This document shows, one piece after another, positions 38,434-47,089 of a DNA stretch of 64,000 bases. Source of the DNA: Candidatus Uhrbacteria bacterium (GTDB lineage: Bacteria > Patescibacteriota > Patescibacteriia > UBA9934 > GWF2-40-263); contig JBAXQK010000002.1 in assembly GCA_037131775.1 (NCBI GenBank), forward strand, positions 23,472 to 87,471, in the 5' to 3' direction. The translations under genes and the position numbers were made by a program. Positions within the stretch are counted from its first letter, which is position 1; each line of letters opens with the position of its first letter. Under the pieces are notes generated by a model. It was not told the DNA's origin and searched no databases. It saw only the letters and a program-made list of their open reading frames with translations.

Positions 38434-38820
38434 CTAGGTCAGCCACTCCAGACAGGTAAGTTCTCTCCAGATCCCGCGGGCCTCCTCGTCCCAGAACTCC
38501 GGATCATGGCTTGTCTCCTCAAGAAAATCCTCGAGGGAAAACTCGCCAAGAATGCCAGGGTTGTGGCTCCAGTAGCCCGCTCGCTCAAGGAGAGGAAATA
38601 CCTTGTAGTAGATCCACTCGTAGGCGCTCTTCGCCTCCTCCTTCTGGTCATACCACCGTTCCTCCGTCATCCACAGGAAGGCCGGCGTGCGCCTCCACAT
38701 GGCAGGCGCGAGTTCGCCTCGATCCGTATGACGGATGCTCTTCCTCCGTTGCTTTTCGTTCTTTGACACGTTCGCTCCGTTCGCCCTAAGGCGGTTTGAG
38801 TTCGACGTGCTTGTGATCAA
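38434..38820 (-). CDS. hypothetical protein (TTG start in track; alternative ATG start at 38700)
   Basis: Trp/Glu-rich and acidic. No family recognised. Confidence 0.35.
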   Translation of the reverse strand: MITSTSNSNRLRANGANVSKNEKQRRKSIRHTDRGELAPAMWRRTPAFLWMTEERWYDQKEEAKSAYEWIYYKVFPLLERAGYWSHNPGILGEFSLEDFLEETSHDPEFWDEEARGIWRELTCLEWLT

Positions 38821-38918
38821 TCATTCTGCCTCCATCGCGCGGCTCGACTTGGATCGTCGAGCGGCGGGATAAAAGGGGGAGCCGGCGGGCGCTCCCCAGG
38901 GGATGTTCGCGGTTCTTG

Positions 38919-39311
38919 CTACCAGCAGCGCGCCTCGTAGGGAATCTCGTGCAGCGCTTCCAGCCAGTACATTTCCTCCTCGAATGTAGTGGCCCAGAGA
39001 TCGTTCTCGCAATCGTCTGCCCAGATTTCAAGGGCCAGGACGGTCGCGAAGACTTCGCGCTCTGGTTCTGACGAGCGGCTCAGGCGCTCCAGGCTCTGTT
39101 GGACGTTGTCACCAATGCCGTAGTCCAGGCCCAGGTGGTATTGGACCCACCCGTCTCGCGGCTGGCTGAGCTCGGCCCCAATCTTGTGGTAGATGACGCA
39201 CAGCGCCCTGTTGAGCGCTCTCTCCGCCTCTTCGGCAGGATCGAGTACGGTGCGCGCCTCCTGGGTGGAGGTTCGGATCGAGACGCGGCCCTGCTTGCTT
39301 ACTTTTGACAT
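38919..39311 (-). CDS. hypothetical protein (130 aa)
   Basis: An AAGGAG Shine-Dalgarno lies 5 nt upstream of the ATG. A candidate TTGACA -35 sits about 100 nt upstream. No family recognised. Confidence 0.5.
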   Translation of the reverse strand: MSKVSKQGRVSIRTSTQEARTVLDPAEEAERALNRALCVIYHKIGAELSQPRDGWVQYHLGLDYGIGDNVQQSLERLSRSSEPEREVFATVLALEIWADDCENDLWATTFEEEMYWLEALHEIPYEARCW

Positions 39312-39436
39312 GTGCTCCTTCGCTAGCCGGACGGGATGTCCTCGCTAGTCGATGGTTGCTTTTTCATGATGCCTCCGGATGAAATCGTTCGCCGAGGCTA
39401 TCACGATTTTGCGACTTTGTCAATCGCGCGTGCCAA

Positions 39437-39460
39437 AGAAAAAAGACGGCGAGTGCCGTC
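39437..39460 (-). terminator. intrinsic terminator (minus strand)
   Basis: On the minus strand, hairpin GACGGCACTCGCCGTC is followed by TTTTTTCTTTG. Confidence 0.6.
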
Positions 39461-39627
39461 AGCGTGCCTTGTACTCGAGTTCAAGGCGCTCGATGCGCGC
39501 GCGGTACTTACCGGTCTCTTCCTCGGCCTCCTTGACCGCCGCGCGGATATCCTGACCATGCCACGAGGTCGGAGGGACGTCGACGCGTTCGTACGCAGCC
39601 GGCACGCGTGCGAGACCTCGAACCATG
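39459..39627 (-). CDS. small hypothetical ORF (about 56 aa, basic/acidic helical)
   Basis: Reads MVRGLARVPAAYERVDVPPTSWHGQDIRAAVKEAEEETGKYRARIERLELEYKAR and ends in the terminator. Below the track size cut-off. Confidence 0.3.
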
Positions 39628-39659
39628 TCAGGCCCCTTCCATTCCGCCCGGAGGCGCAG

Positions 39660-39828
39660 TCACAACTCGTTTCCACTCAGCTCGACGACATGTCCGTAAA
39701 GATGGTCTCCATGAAGCTGCGCGATCCCGGTCCAGAAGTACGATGACTTCTTGGAAGCATCCGCACCGATGGGAAAATACCAACCGGGCGCAGGCGCGCC
39801 CTTGATCTCGAGTGGCATAACGTTCTCC
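39660..39828 (-). CDS. small hypothetical ORF (about 55 aa)
   Basis: Starts MPLEIKGAPAPGWYFPIG... The upstream sequence TTCTGAAGGAGAAC, containing an AAGGAG Shine-Dalgarno, is identical to the context upstream of the gene at 40523. Confidence 0.3.
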
Positions 39829-39908
39829 TTCAGAACGCGTCGAACCTATCATTTTTTTATAAGGCCGTCAACCTTGCTGGGGGCCGGAGATTTTCACTAA
39901 GCCACTAT

Positions 39909-39931
39909 GAAAAAAGACGGCGAATGCCGTC
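39909..39931 (-). terminator. intrinsic terminator (minus strand)
   Basis: On the minus strand, hairpin GACGGCATTCGCCGTC is followed by TTTTTTCAT. It overlaps the stop of the upstream gene. Confidence 0.6.
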
Positions 39932-40523
39932 AGGGCGAGTCGGGCACGGAACGCTCGAGGGTGAATCGTCCGTGGTCGATGGCAAGGACCGTCGTGTCGG
40001 AGATCCGGATCCGTTCGGCCTTGTCCGCCATCTCGGTGCGGAGAGTCGTGACGAACGCGGCGTAGAGCGTGCGGATGCGATCGACGGTGAGATACTGGTA
40101 CATCATCTCGATCGTTGAGCGCGAAGCCTCGCAGATCTCGTCGTCGACTTCGGCCGGATCCGGCATCAGGTCGTATGCGAGCACGACCGGAACGGGATCA
40201 TCCACGATGTCACGGACCTCGTCCATTGCCTTGAGCCAGAGCGCGGCAAGCTGTCGGCACCGAAGGTCGGCCTGCTCTTCCGCGACACGCTGCCGACGAA
40301 GCGGCCGCGACACCCCTCCGACAATCGCGTCGATCAGCGGCTTTACGCCGCGTTCCGCAACGGTGACAGCGAGGAACCCTCCGAACATCAGCGCGATCTT
40401 TGCCCGGTCCTCGAGCGAAACCGGCTCGCGCTCCTGCTGCGCAACCAAGTCCTTCGCCACGCCCCGGGGAACATACCCCGCAAACCGCTCTCCCACTTTC
40501 GCCTTATCGAACGTCGCTCGCAT
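39930..40523 (-). CDS. hypothetical protein (about 197 aa)
   Basis: Start reassigned to MRATFDKAKV, which has an AAGGAGA Shine-Dalgarno 6 nt upstream. No family recognised. Confidence 0.5.
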   Translation of the reverse strand: MRATFDKAKVGERFAGYVPRGVAKDLVAQQEREPVSLEDRAKIALMFGGFLAVTVAERGVKPLIDAIVGGVSRPLRRQRVAEEQADLRCRQLAALWLKAMDEVRDIVDDPVPVVLAYDLMPDPAEVDDEICEASRSTIEMMYQYLTVDRIRTLYAAFVTTLRTEMADKAERIRISDTTVLAIDHGRFTLERSVPDSP

Positions 40524-40595
40524 GTGTTCTCCTTCAGAACTCCCACACTGCATCATTTTTTGACAAAACCGTCAATCCACGGCATTATCTGTCGC

Positions 40596-42878
40596 ATGCC
40601 ACACACACTTGTCATCGTCGAGTCTCCGACGAAAGCGAAAACGATTACGAAGTTTCTTGGGAAGGACTACAAGGTCCTTTCGTCTTTTGGTCACATCCGC
40701 GACCTTCCCGCGAGCAAGACGGGCGTCGACGTGAAGAACCATTTCGCGCCGACCTACGTCGTCCCCGACAAGGCGAAGGATCACGTGAAGGAACTAAAGA
40801 CGGCTGCGAAGGGGATGACGGACATTATCCTTGCGACGGACGAAGACAGAGAGGGAGAGGCCATCGCGTGGCACATTGCGGAAACGCTTGGGCTTGATCC
40901 CGAGACGGCGAAGCGGATTACGTTTCACGAGATCACGAAGACGGCGATCGACCATGCGATTTCCGCGCCACGGACGATCGACATGAACCTGGTGAACGCG
41001 CAGCAGACGCGGCGCATCCTGGACCGTCTCGTCGGCTACGAGCTGTCGCCGTTTCTCTGGGCGAAGGTCCGTCGCGGCCTGTCCGCAGGTCGCGTGCAGT
41101 CCGTCGCGCTGCGCCTCGTCGTCGAACGCGAGCGCGAGCGACTCGCCTTCAAGATCGACGAGTACTGGACGATCGACGGAGAATTTCAGAAGGACGGAGT
41201 CGCCTTCCCGGGCGCGCTATTTTCGATCGACGGGAAGAAGGTGGACAAGCTCGACGTGAAGACGGGCGATGACGCGGCGAAGATCGTCGCGACGCTTTCC
41301 GGGCAGAAGTTCGAGGTGACGAAGATCGAGACGAAGGAGGTTTCGAAGAACCCGCCCACCCCGTTCACCACCTCTTCCCTGCAGATCGAGGCAAACGGAC
41401 GGCTCGGGTTCGGCGCGAAGCAGACGATGACGCTGGCACAGAAGCTGTACGAGACGGGACGCATCACCTACATGCGTACCGACTCGGTAAACCTTGCGAA
41501 CGCGTTCCTCGACGAGACGCAGGCGTACGTCGCCTCCGAGTTCGGAAAGGCATACGCCGTCGGATCAAAAAAATACGCGACCAAGGCGAAGGACGCGCAA
41601 GAGGCGCACGAGGCAATCCGTCCGACCGACGTGACCGCGCATCCCGACTCGCTCAAGGGGACGCTCGAGTCCGGCATGTGGAAGCTGTACGACCTCATTT
41701 GGCGCCGAACCGTCGGCTCCCAGCTCCCGCCCGCGAAGGTGGAGCGCACGGCCGTCGACCTCGACGCCGCGAAGCACTCCTTCCGCGCCAACGGCAGCAT
41801 GGTGAAGTTTGATGGGTTCATGAAGGTGTATCACGCCTCGCAGGAGAAGATCCTCCCGACGCTCGCCGTCGGCAACGCGGTGGACGTCACGTCCGTCGTC
41901 CCGACCCAGCACTTCACCGAGCCGACCGCGCGGTATTCCGACGCGACGCTCGTGAAGGCCATGGAAGAGTTCGGCATCGGGCGTCCGTCGACCTACGCGC
42001 CGACGATCGCGACGATCGAGGCGCGGCAGTACGTCGAGCGCGACGACAACAAGAAGCTTTTCCCGACGGACACGGGAATGATCGTGAACGACGTGCTCGT
42101 GGAGCACTTCCCGAATGTCGTCGACTTCGGCTTCACCGCCACGATGGAGAACACGCTCGACGAGATCGCCGAGGGAAAAGTCGAATGGGTCCCAACGCTC
42201 GAGGCGTTCTACGGGCCGTTCCACTCGCTGATCGAGGAGAAGGTCACCGGCGTATCGCGCGAGGACATCATGAAGGAACGGATCCTCGGCGACGATCCGA
42301 AGACGGGAAAGCCCGTCATCGTCCGCTCCGGCCGCTTCGGCCCGTTTGCGCAGCTTGGCGAGTGGACGGCGGAGGATAAGAAGGCAAAGGTCCCGAAGCC
42401 GAAGAGCGCGTCGCTGCCGAAGGGCGCGAACATCGACACGGTGACGATGGAGGAAATTCTCCCGCTGTTCGAGATGCCGCGCGTGGTCGGAAAGACGGAG
42501 GCGGGCGAGGAAATCGTCGCGCACCTTGGACGCTTCGGCCCGTACCTCAAGACCGAGACGCTCACCGCATCGCTTCCTCCGGACTTTAACCCCGGAACGA
42601 TCTCGGAGACGGACGCGCGGTTCGTCCTCGCCAACAAGGAGGCGCTCAAGGCCAAGCAGATGGCCCCGATGGCCGACCTCGGCGCGGGCCCCGACGGCAA
42701 ACCCGTCGTCATCCGCAACGGCCGGTTCGGCCCGTACCTCACGGACGGGACCACGAACGTGTCCGTCCCAAAGAAGCTCGACCCGATGGAAATCACACTC
42801 GACGTGGCGCTCGCCATGCTCGAGAAGAAACGAACGTCGCCGCCGCGTGTCTTCCCAAAGAAAAAGTCGAAAACGTAG
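40596..42878 (+). CDS. topA: DNA topoisomerase I (type IA) with C-terminal RFGPY/RFGPF repeat domain
   Basis: The Toprim N-terminus (LVIVESPTKAKTI) is present. The C-terminus carries four GRFGP(Y/F) repeats. Confidence 0.95.
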   Translation: MPHTLVIVESPTKAKTITKFLGKDYKVLSSFGHIRDLPASKTGVDVKNHFAPTYVVPDKAKDHVKELKTAAKGMTDIILATDEDREGEAIAWHIAETLGLDPETAKRITFHEITKTAIDHAISAPRTIDMNLVNAQQTRRILDRLVGYELSPFLWAKVRRGLSAGRVQSVALRLVVERERERLAFKIDEYWTIDGEFQKDGVAFPGALFSIDGKKVDKLDVKTGDDAAKIVATLSGQKFEVTKIETKEVSKNPPTPFTTSSLQIEANGRLGFGAKQTMTLAQKLYETGRITYMRTDSVNLANAFLDETQAYVASEFGKAYAVGSKKYATKAKDAQEAHEAIRPTDVTAHPDSLKGTLESGMWKLYDLIWRRTVGSQLPPAKVERTAVDLDAAKHSFRANGSMVKFDGFMKVYHASQEKILPTLAVGNAVDVTSVVPTQHFTEPTARYSDATLVKAMEEFGIGRPSTYAPTIATIEARQYVERDDNKKLFPTDTGMIVNDVLVEHFPNVVDFGFTATMENTLDEIAEGKVEWVPTLEAFYGPFHSLIEEKVTGVSREDIMKERILGDDPKTGKPVIVRSGRFGPFAQLGEWTAEDKKAKVPKPKSASLPKGANIDTVTMEEILPLFEMPRVVGKTEAGEEIVAHLGRFGPYLKTETLTASLPPDFNPGTISETDARFVLANKEALKAKQMAPMADLGAGPDGKPVVIRNGRFGPYLTDGTTNVSVPKKLDPMEITLDVALAMLEKKRTSPPRVFPKKKSKT

Positions 42879-42885
42879 CAAGAAA

Positions 42886-42912
42886 AGAACCCGATGGGGT
42901 TCTTTTCATTTT
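42886..42912 (+). terminator. intrinsic terminator after topA
   Basis: Hairpin AGAACCC-GATG-GGGTTCT followed by TTTCATTTT. Confidence 0.55.
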
Positions 42913-42937
42913 CGACGATCTGTACTACTCTGGACGG

Positions 42938-44422
42938 ATGCCTGACAATGCGCGAACCTACGACGAGCTGACGCGGCTGATCGCGTCTACCTACGAGAAT
43001 CCCGACCTCGGGCTTGTTTCTCGCGCGTATGAGATGGCCGAGGGAGCACATCAGGGCATCATCCGGCTGACCGGCGACCCGTACATCGTTCACCCGCTGG
43101 CCGTGGCATACAAGCTGGCCGAGATGGGATCGAACCTGAACGTGGTCGCGGCAGGGCTCCTGCACGACGTCGTTGAGGACTCGGAGATCACTGTCGAGGA
43201 AGTGTCGGCCAAGTTCGGGGAAGACATCGCGTCGCTCGTCGATTCGCTCACCAAGCTGAAGAAGGTGAAGTACTCGGGGACGGACCGGTACGCGGAAAAC
43301 ATGCGCAAGATGTTTCTGGCGATGGCCAGCGACGTGCGCGTGGTGTTCATCAAGTTTGCGGACCGGCTGCACAACCTGAAGACGCTCTATGCCCAGCCGC
43401 GCCACAAGCAGGAACGCATCGCCAAGGAGTCGCTCGAAATCTACGCGCCGATCGCGGGACGCCTCGGCATGAGCGAGTTCAAGGGAGAGATCGAGGACCT
43501 GTGCTTCGAGTACCTGTACCCGCGCGACTACGAGCGCGTGCGCGACATGATCACGGCCAAGGTGCGCGAAAAGGGGGCGTACGTCTCACGCATCATCGAC
43601 CAGACCGAAAAGTTTCTCGCCGAGTTCAACATCGTGGACGCGGCGGTGCACGGCCGGGTCAAGCGCCTGTACAGCCTGTTCAAGAAGCTTGGAAAGTACG
43701 ACGACGACCTCTCGAAGGTCTACGACCTTATCGCCATCCGCGTCATCGTAAAGGACGTGGAGGAGTGCTACGGCGTGCTCGGGATCCTCCACCAGAAGTT
43801 CACGCCGATGCCGGGACGCATCAAGGACTACCTCGCCCAGCCGAAGCCGAACGGATACCAGAGTCTCCACACGACGGTGTTTACCGACGACGGCGAGATC
43901 GTCGAGTTCCAAATTCGCACGCAGGAAATGCACGAGCTTGCCGAGTTCGGCGTGGCCGCGCACTGGCGCTACAAGGAGGCCGGCATGTCCCCGCTCAAGA
44001 ACCTGTACTGGATGGAGGAGCTCGCCAAGATCCAGAAAGAGCTGTCCGGAAAGAAGGACTTCATGGAGCAGCTGGAGATCATGAAGATCGACGTATTCAA
44101 GGACCGCATCTTCGTGTTCACCCCGAACGGCGACGTCATCGACCTCCCCGAGGGCGCCTCCCCGGTCGATTTCGCCTACGCCATCCACACCGAGCTCGGC
44201 AACAAGTGCTCGGCCGCTCGCGTGAACGGCGTCATGCGCAACCTAGACACCGCGCTGCGCTCGAACGACGTCGTCGAGATCGTCACCGACAAGAACCGCC
44301 GCGGCCCGAACCCCGACTGGATCAAGTTCGTAAAGACGCACCACGCCAGGTCAAAAATAAAGGACGCGGCCAAATCGACCGTGTCCGGCTGGCTGAGGGG
44401 GATGATTTCAAGGAAAGCCTAG
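42938..44422 (+). CDS. rel: bifunctional (p)ppGpp synthetase/hydrolase, short Rel/SpoT homolog (HD + synthetase + TGS; no ACT domain)
   Basis: The HD motif (HPLAVA...LLHDVVEDS), synthetase core (RVKRLYSLFKKL, IAIRVIV) and a TGS domain are present. The protein is only 494 aa. Confidence 0.85.
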   Translation: MPDNARTYDELTRLIASTYENPDLGLVSRAYEMAEGAHQGIIRLTGDPYIVHPLAVAYKLAEMGSNLNVVAAGLLHDVVEDSEITVEEVSAKFGEDIASLVDSLTKLKKVKYSGTDRYAENMRKMFLAMASDVRVVFIKFADRLHNLKTLYAQPRHKQERIAKESLEIYAPIAGRLGMSEFKGEIEDLCFEYLYPRDYERVRDMITAKVREKGAYVSRIIDQTEKFLAEFNIVDAAVHGRVKRLYSLFKKLGKYDDDLSKVYDLIAIRVIVKDVEECYGVLGILHQKFTPMPGRIKDYLAQPKPNGYQSLHTTVFTDDGEIVEFQIRTQEMHELAEFGVAAHWRYKEAGMSPLKNLYWMEELAKIQKELSGKKDFMEQLEIMKIDVFKDRIFVFTPNGDVIDLPEGASPVDFAYAIHTELGNKCSAARVNGVMRNLDTALRSNDVVEIVTDKNRRGPNPDWIKFVKTHHARSKIKDAAKSTVSGWLRGMISRKA

Positions 44423-45294
44423 ACGTCGGACAGGCGACCGAGGAGCTCGAGGAGCTCCTCTTTCGAATAGAAGCTGATCGCGACGGTTCCCTTTCCGCCT
44501 TTCTCGGTGATCTCGACCTTCGTACCGAAGATTTCGCGGAGCCGATTTTCATGCGCCGCGACGTTCGGATCCTTCGTCGTCTTTACGCCGTCGATTTTCT
44601 TTCCTTTCGATCCGAGTCCGACGCGCTCTTCCATCTCGCGGACGGACATTCCGCCGTTCAGCATCTGCTGGAACAACGAGCGTCGACGAACGGGATCGGC
44701 TTCGGCGAGAAGCGTGCGAGCATGCGACTTCGTCAGCTTCCCGTCGCGCAGCGCATCGAGGACGTCGTCCGGAAGGTCGAGAAGCCTCAAGATATTTGCC
44801 ACGTTGCTGCGACTCTTTCCGACGCGCGCCGCGACCGCCTCCTGGGTCAATCCGAATTCGTCGACGAGCGCCTTATACGCGATCGCTTCTTCAACGGCGT
44901 TCAGGTCCTGGCGCTGGATGTTCTCAATGAGCGCGAGCTCAAGCTTCTGCTGCTCGCTTGCCTCGCGACAAATCGCCGGGATCGTCTTCAACCCAAGCGC
45001 CGAGCACGCGCGGAACCGTCGCTCGCCCGCGATCAGCTCGTAGCCGTTCGCCACGCGCGTGACCGTCACGGGCTGCATGATGCCATGTTCCTTGATCGAC
45101 GCGATCAGATCCTCGAGCTCGGCCGGCGAAAAGTGACTCCGCGGCTGGCGCGGGTTCGGGACGATCTGGTCGAGCGGGACGTCCAAGATCTCCCGTCGCG
45201 CCGATGGGATGATCTGCTCCGTCATCGTGCGCGGAGCCTGGCCGTTTGGAATGAGCGATCCGAGACCGCGGCCGAGAGCGGGTTTCATCATCAT
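44419..45294 (-). CDS. parB: chromosome partitioning protein ParB/Spo0J
   Basis: ParB box GERRFRA and an HTH are present. Its 3' end overlaps the convergent rel gene by 4 nt. Confidence 0.9.
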   Translation of the reverse strand: MMMKPALGRGLGSLIPNGQAPRTMTEQIIPSARREILDVPLDQIVPNPRQPRSHFSPAELEDLIASIKEHGIMQPVTVTRVANGYELIAGERRFRACSALGLKTIPAICREASEQQKLELALIENIQRQDLNAVEEAIAYKALVDEFGLTQEAVAARVGKSRSNVANILRLLDLPDDVLDALRDGKLTKSHARTLLAEADPVRRRSLFQQMLNGGMSVREMEERVGLGSKGKKIDGVKTTKDPNVAAHENRLREIFGTKVEITEKGGKGTVAISFYSKEELLELLGRLSDV

Positions 45295-46064
45295 ACGTTT
45301 CCTTCTTCGCGCAGAATGAATTCGCGTGCCAGCCGCTCGTACGCCTTCGCCGCCTTTGAGGACGGATCGTAACCGAGAATCGTCTTGCCGAACGACGGAG
45401 CCTCGGCGAGGCGGACGGAGCGCGGGATGACGGAGCGAAAAATCTTGTCCGGGAAATAGCGGTACAGCTCCTCGAGAACTTCCTGCGACAACCGCGTGCG
45501 CGAGTCGAACATCGTAATCACCGCGCCCATCACGTTCAGCTCCGGCTTCAGGTTTTCCTTGATTAGGTTCACGGTGTTCATCAGCTGGCCGAGCCCCTCG
45601 AGCGCGAAATATTCTGCCTGGACGGGGATGAGAACGGAGTCGGACGCGACGAGGCCGTTGATCGTGAGCAATCCGAGCGTCGGCGGGTTATCGATGAGGA
45701 TGTAATCGTAGTCGTTGCGGATCTCCAGCAGTGCCTTCCGAAGAAAGTGCTCGCGCTCCTCCACGTTAACAAGCTCGATCGCCGCGCCCGCGAGCGCCTG
45801 CGTCGCCGGGATGACCTTCAGCCCTTCGTGAGCCGTCGGATGAATCACGTCGCGCATGGACTTCTGCCCGATGATCCCCTCGTAGATCCCATGCTCCAAC
45901 TCCGCATGCGCGATCCCAAGCCCGGAAGTGGCGTTCGCCTGCGGGTCGAGGTCGATCACAAGGACAAACTTCCCCTGCTCCGCCAAATACGCGGCCAAAT
46001 TCAACGTCGTCGTGGTCTTTCCCACGCCTCCCTTCTGGTTAACGACGGATACGATGTGTGCCAT
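45291..46064 (-). CDS. parA: chromosome partitioning ATPase ParA/Soj
   Basis: A deviant Walker A (KGGVGKTTT) is present. The start was reassigned to MAHIVSVVN. Confidence 0.9.
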   Translation of the reverse strand: MAHIVSVVNQKGGVGKTTTTLNLAAYLAEQGKFVLVIDLDPQANATSGLGIAHAELEHGIYEGIIGQKSMRDVIHPTAHEGLKVIPATQALAGAAIELVNVEEREHFLRKALLEIRNDYDYILIDNPPTLGLLTINGLVASDSVLIPVQAEYFALEGLGQLMNTVNLIKENLKPELNVMGAVITMFDSRTRLSQEVLEELYRYFPDKIFRSVIPRSVRLAEAPSFGKTILGYDPSSKAAKAYERLAREFILREEGNV

Positions 46065-46099
46065 AGAACGAATGCAGTATACCAAATGAAACCACAAAC

Positions 46100-46130
46100 A
46101 AAAAGATCCGTCGCGATGACGGATCTTTTT
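46100..46130. terminator. palindromic intrinsic terminator downstream of the minus-strand tRNA cluster
   Basis: AAAAAGATCCGTCGCGATGACGGATCTTTTT. On the minus strand the hairpin is followed by T5. Confidence 0.6.
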
Positions 46131-46206
46131 GGTTGCGGGGGTCGGATTTGAACCGACGACCTCCAGGTTATGAGCCTGGCGAGCTGCCTGGCTGCTCTAC
46201 CCCGCG
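46130..46206 (-). tRNA. tRNA-Met (CAT), initiator-like (C1:A72 mismatch)
   Basis: The reverse complement is CGCGGGGTAGAGCAGCCAGGCAGCTCGCCAGGCTCATAACCTGGAGGTCGTCGGTTCAAATCCGACCCCCGCAACCA. Its acceptor and T-arm closely resemble the E. coli initiator tRNA. Confidence 0.8.
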
Positions 46207-46256
46207 GCCTGCGTCCGTAAAGGCGCACGCCGCGAGCGATCAGTCTGAATCAGCTT

Positions 46257-46333
46257 TGGTAGCTGGGGGCGGAATCGAACCGCCGACCTAGGGCTTATGA
46301 GTCCCTCGCTCTAACCGACTGAGCTACCCAGCC
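46257..46333 (-). tRNA. tRNA-Met (CAT) elongator (or tRNA-Ile2 if lysidinylated)
   Basis: The reverse complement is GGCTGGGTAGCTCAGTCGGTTAGAGCGAGGGACTCATAAGCCCTAGGTCGGCGGTTCGATTCCGCCCCCAGCTACCA. Confidence 0.8.
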
Positions 46334-46388
46334 TCGATGTGCCAGGATGATACCAGACACGGTGCCGCTTGGCAAGCATTTATCCTCC

Positions 46389-46474
46389 TGGTGGGCGAGG
46401 AGGGACTCGAACCCTCAAGCCCTTGCGGACACGGGATTTTGAGTCCCGCGCGTATACCATTCCGCCACTCGCCC
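46389..46474 (-). tRNA. tRNA-Leu (anticodon CAA), type II with long variable arm
   Basis: The reverse complement is GGGCGAGTGGCGGAATGGTATACGCGCGGGACTCAAAATCCCGTGTCCGCAAGGGCTTGAGGGTTCGAGTCCCTCCTCGCCCACCA. Confidence 0.85.
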
Positions 46475-46542
46475 ATTGGTCGCTTGCGGGAGAATGGTAG
46501 CAGAATGCCAGTGGAATGCCAAGTGCGACGATCTTCTTTTTA

Positions 46543-46571
46543 TTGCCAAAATCCTCCCAATATGGCATAAT
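46543..46571 (+). promoter_or_regulatory. sigma70-like promoter (TTGCCA-17-CATAAT), near-leaderless
   Basis: The -10 ends about 10 nt upstream of the ATG at 46582. Confidence 0.4.
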
Positions 46572-46581
46572 TCCGGCAACT

Positions 46582-47046
46582 ATGACTTTGACAACGCACG
46601 CGACGCTCGGGGCGGTCATTGGCCACGCGGTTGGAAATCCGGTGGTTGCCTTCGTCCTTGGGTTCATTTCCCACTTCATGATCGACATGATCCCGCACGG
46701 CGACACCGGAATCTCGGACAACTTTCGCGTCCACAAGACGCGCCAAACCCAAGCCGTGGCCTACGTGGCCGTCGACGCCATCGTCGCGCTCCTCTTCGTT
46801 CTCCTCCTCGCCAACACCCGCGACATCGACCACGTCCGCACGTTTACCTGGGGCATTATCGGCAGCGTCCTCCCCGATTTGATCGTCGGCGTCTACGAAG
46901 TCACCAAGACCCCGCTGCTGCGATGGTTCAACACGATGCATTTCTACTTCCATGATTTCTTCGTAAAGAGGCGCGGAGAGGTTCCGCTGTATTATGCCTT
47001 GTTGGCGCAGGTGGTGTTGATTGCTTATTTGCAGACGAAGTTGTAA
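46582..47046 (+). CDS. membrane-bound metal-dependent hydrolase-like protein (YdjM/DUF457-like)
   Basis: Starts MTLTTHATLGAVIGHAV...HFMIDMIPHGD. It has 4 TM segments and conserved His/Asp residues. Confidence 0.55.
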   Translation: MTLTTHATLGAVIGHAVGNPVVAFVLGFISHFMIDMIPHGDTGISDNFRVHKTRQTQAVAYVAVDAIVALLFVLLLANTRDIDHVRTFTWGIIGSVLPDLIVGVYEVTKTPLLRWFNTMHFYFHDFFVKRRGEVPLYYALLAQVVLIAYLQTKL

Positions 47047-47051
47047 TCGCG

Positions 47052-47080
47052 AAAAAAAGAACTCCGTAAGGAGTTTTTTT
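47052..47080. terminator. bidirectional intrinsic terminator
   Basis: AAAAAAAGAACTCCGTAAGGAGTTTTTTT. Confidence 0.6.
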
Positions 47081-47089
47081 GTGGCTTGC

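Noticed and set aside
44419-44422. 4-bp convergent overlap of rel and parB as a special feature
   Set aside because: Small convergent stop-codon overlaps are common in compact genomes. No further structure was seen.
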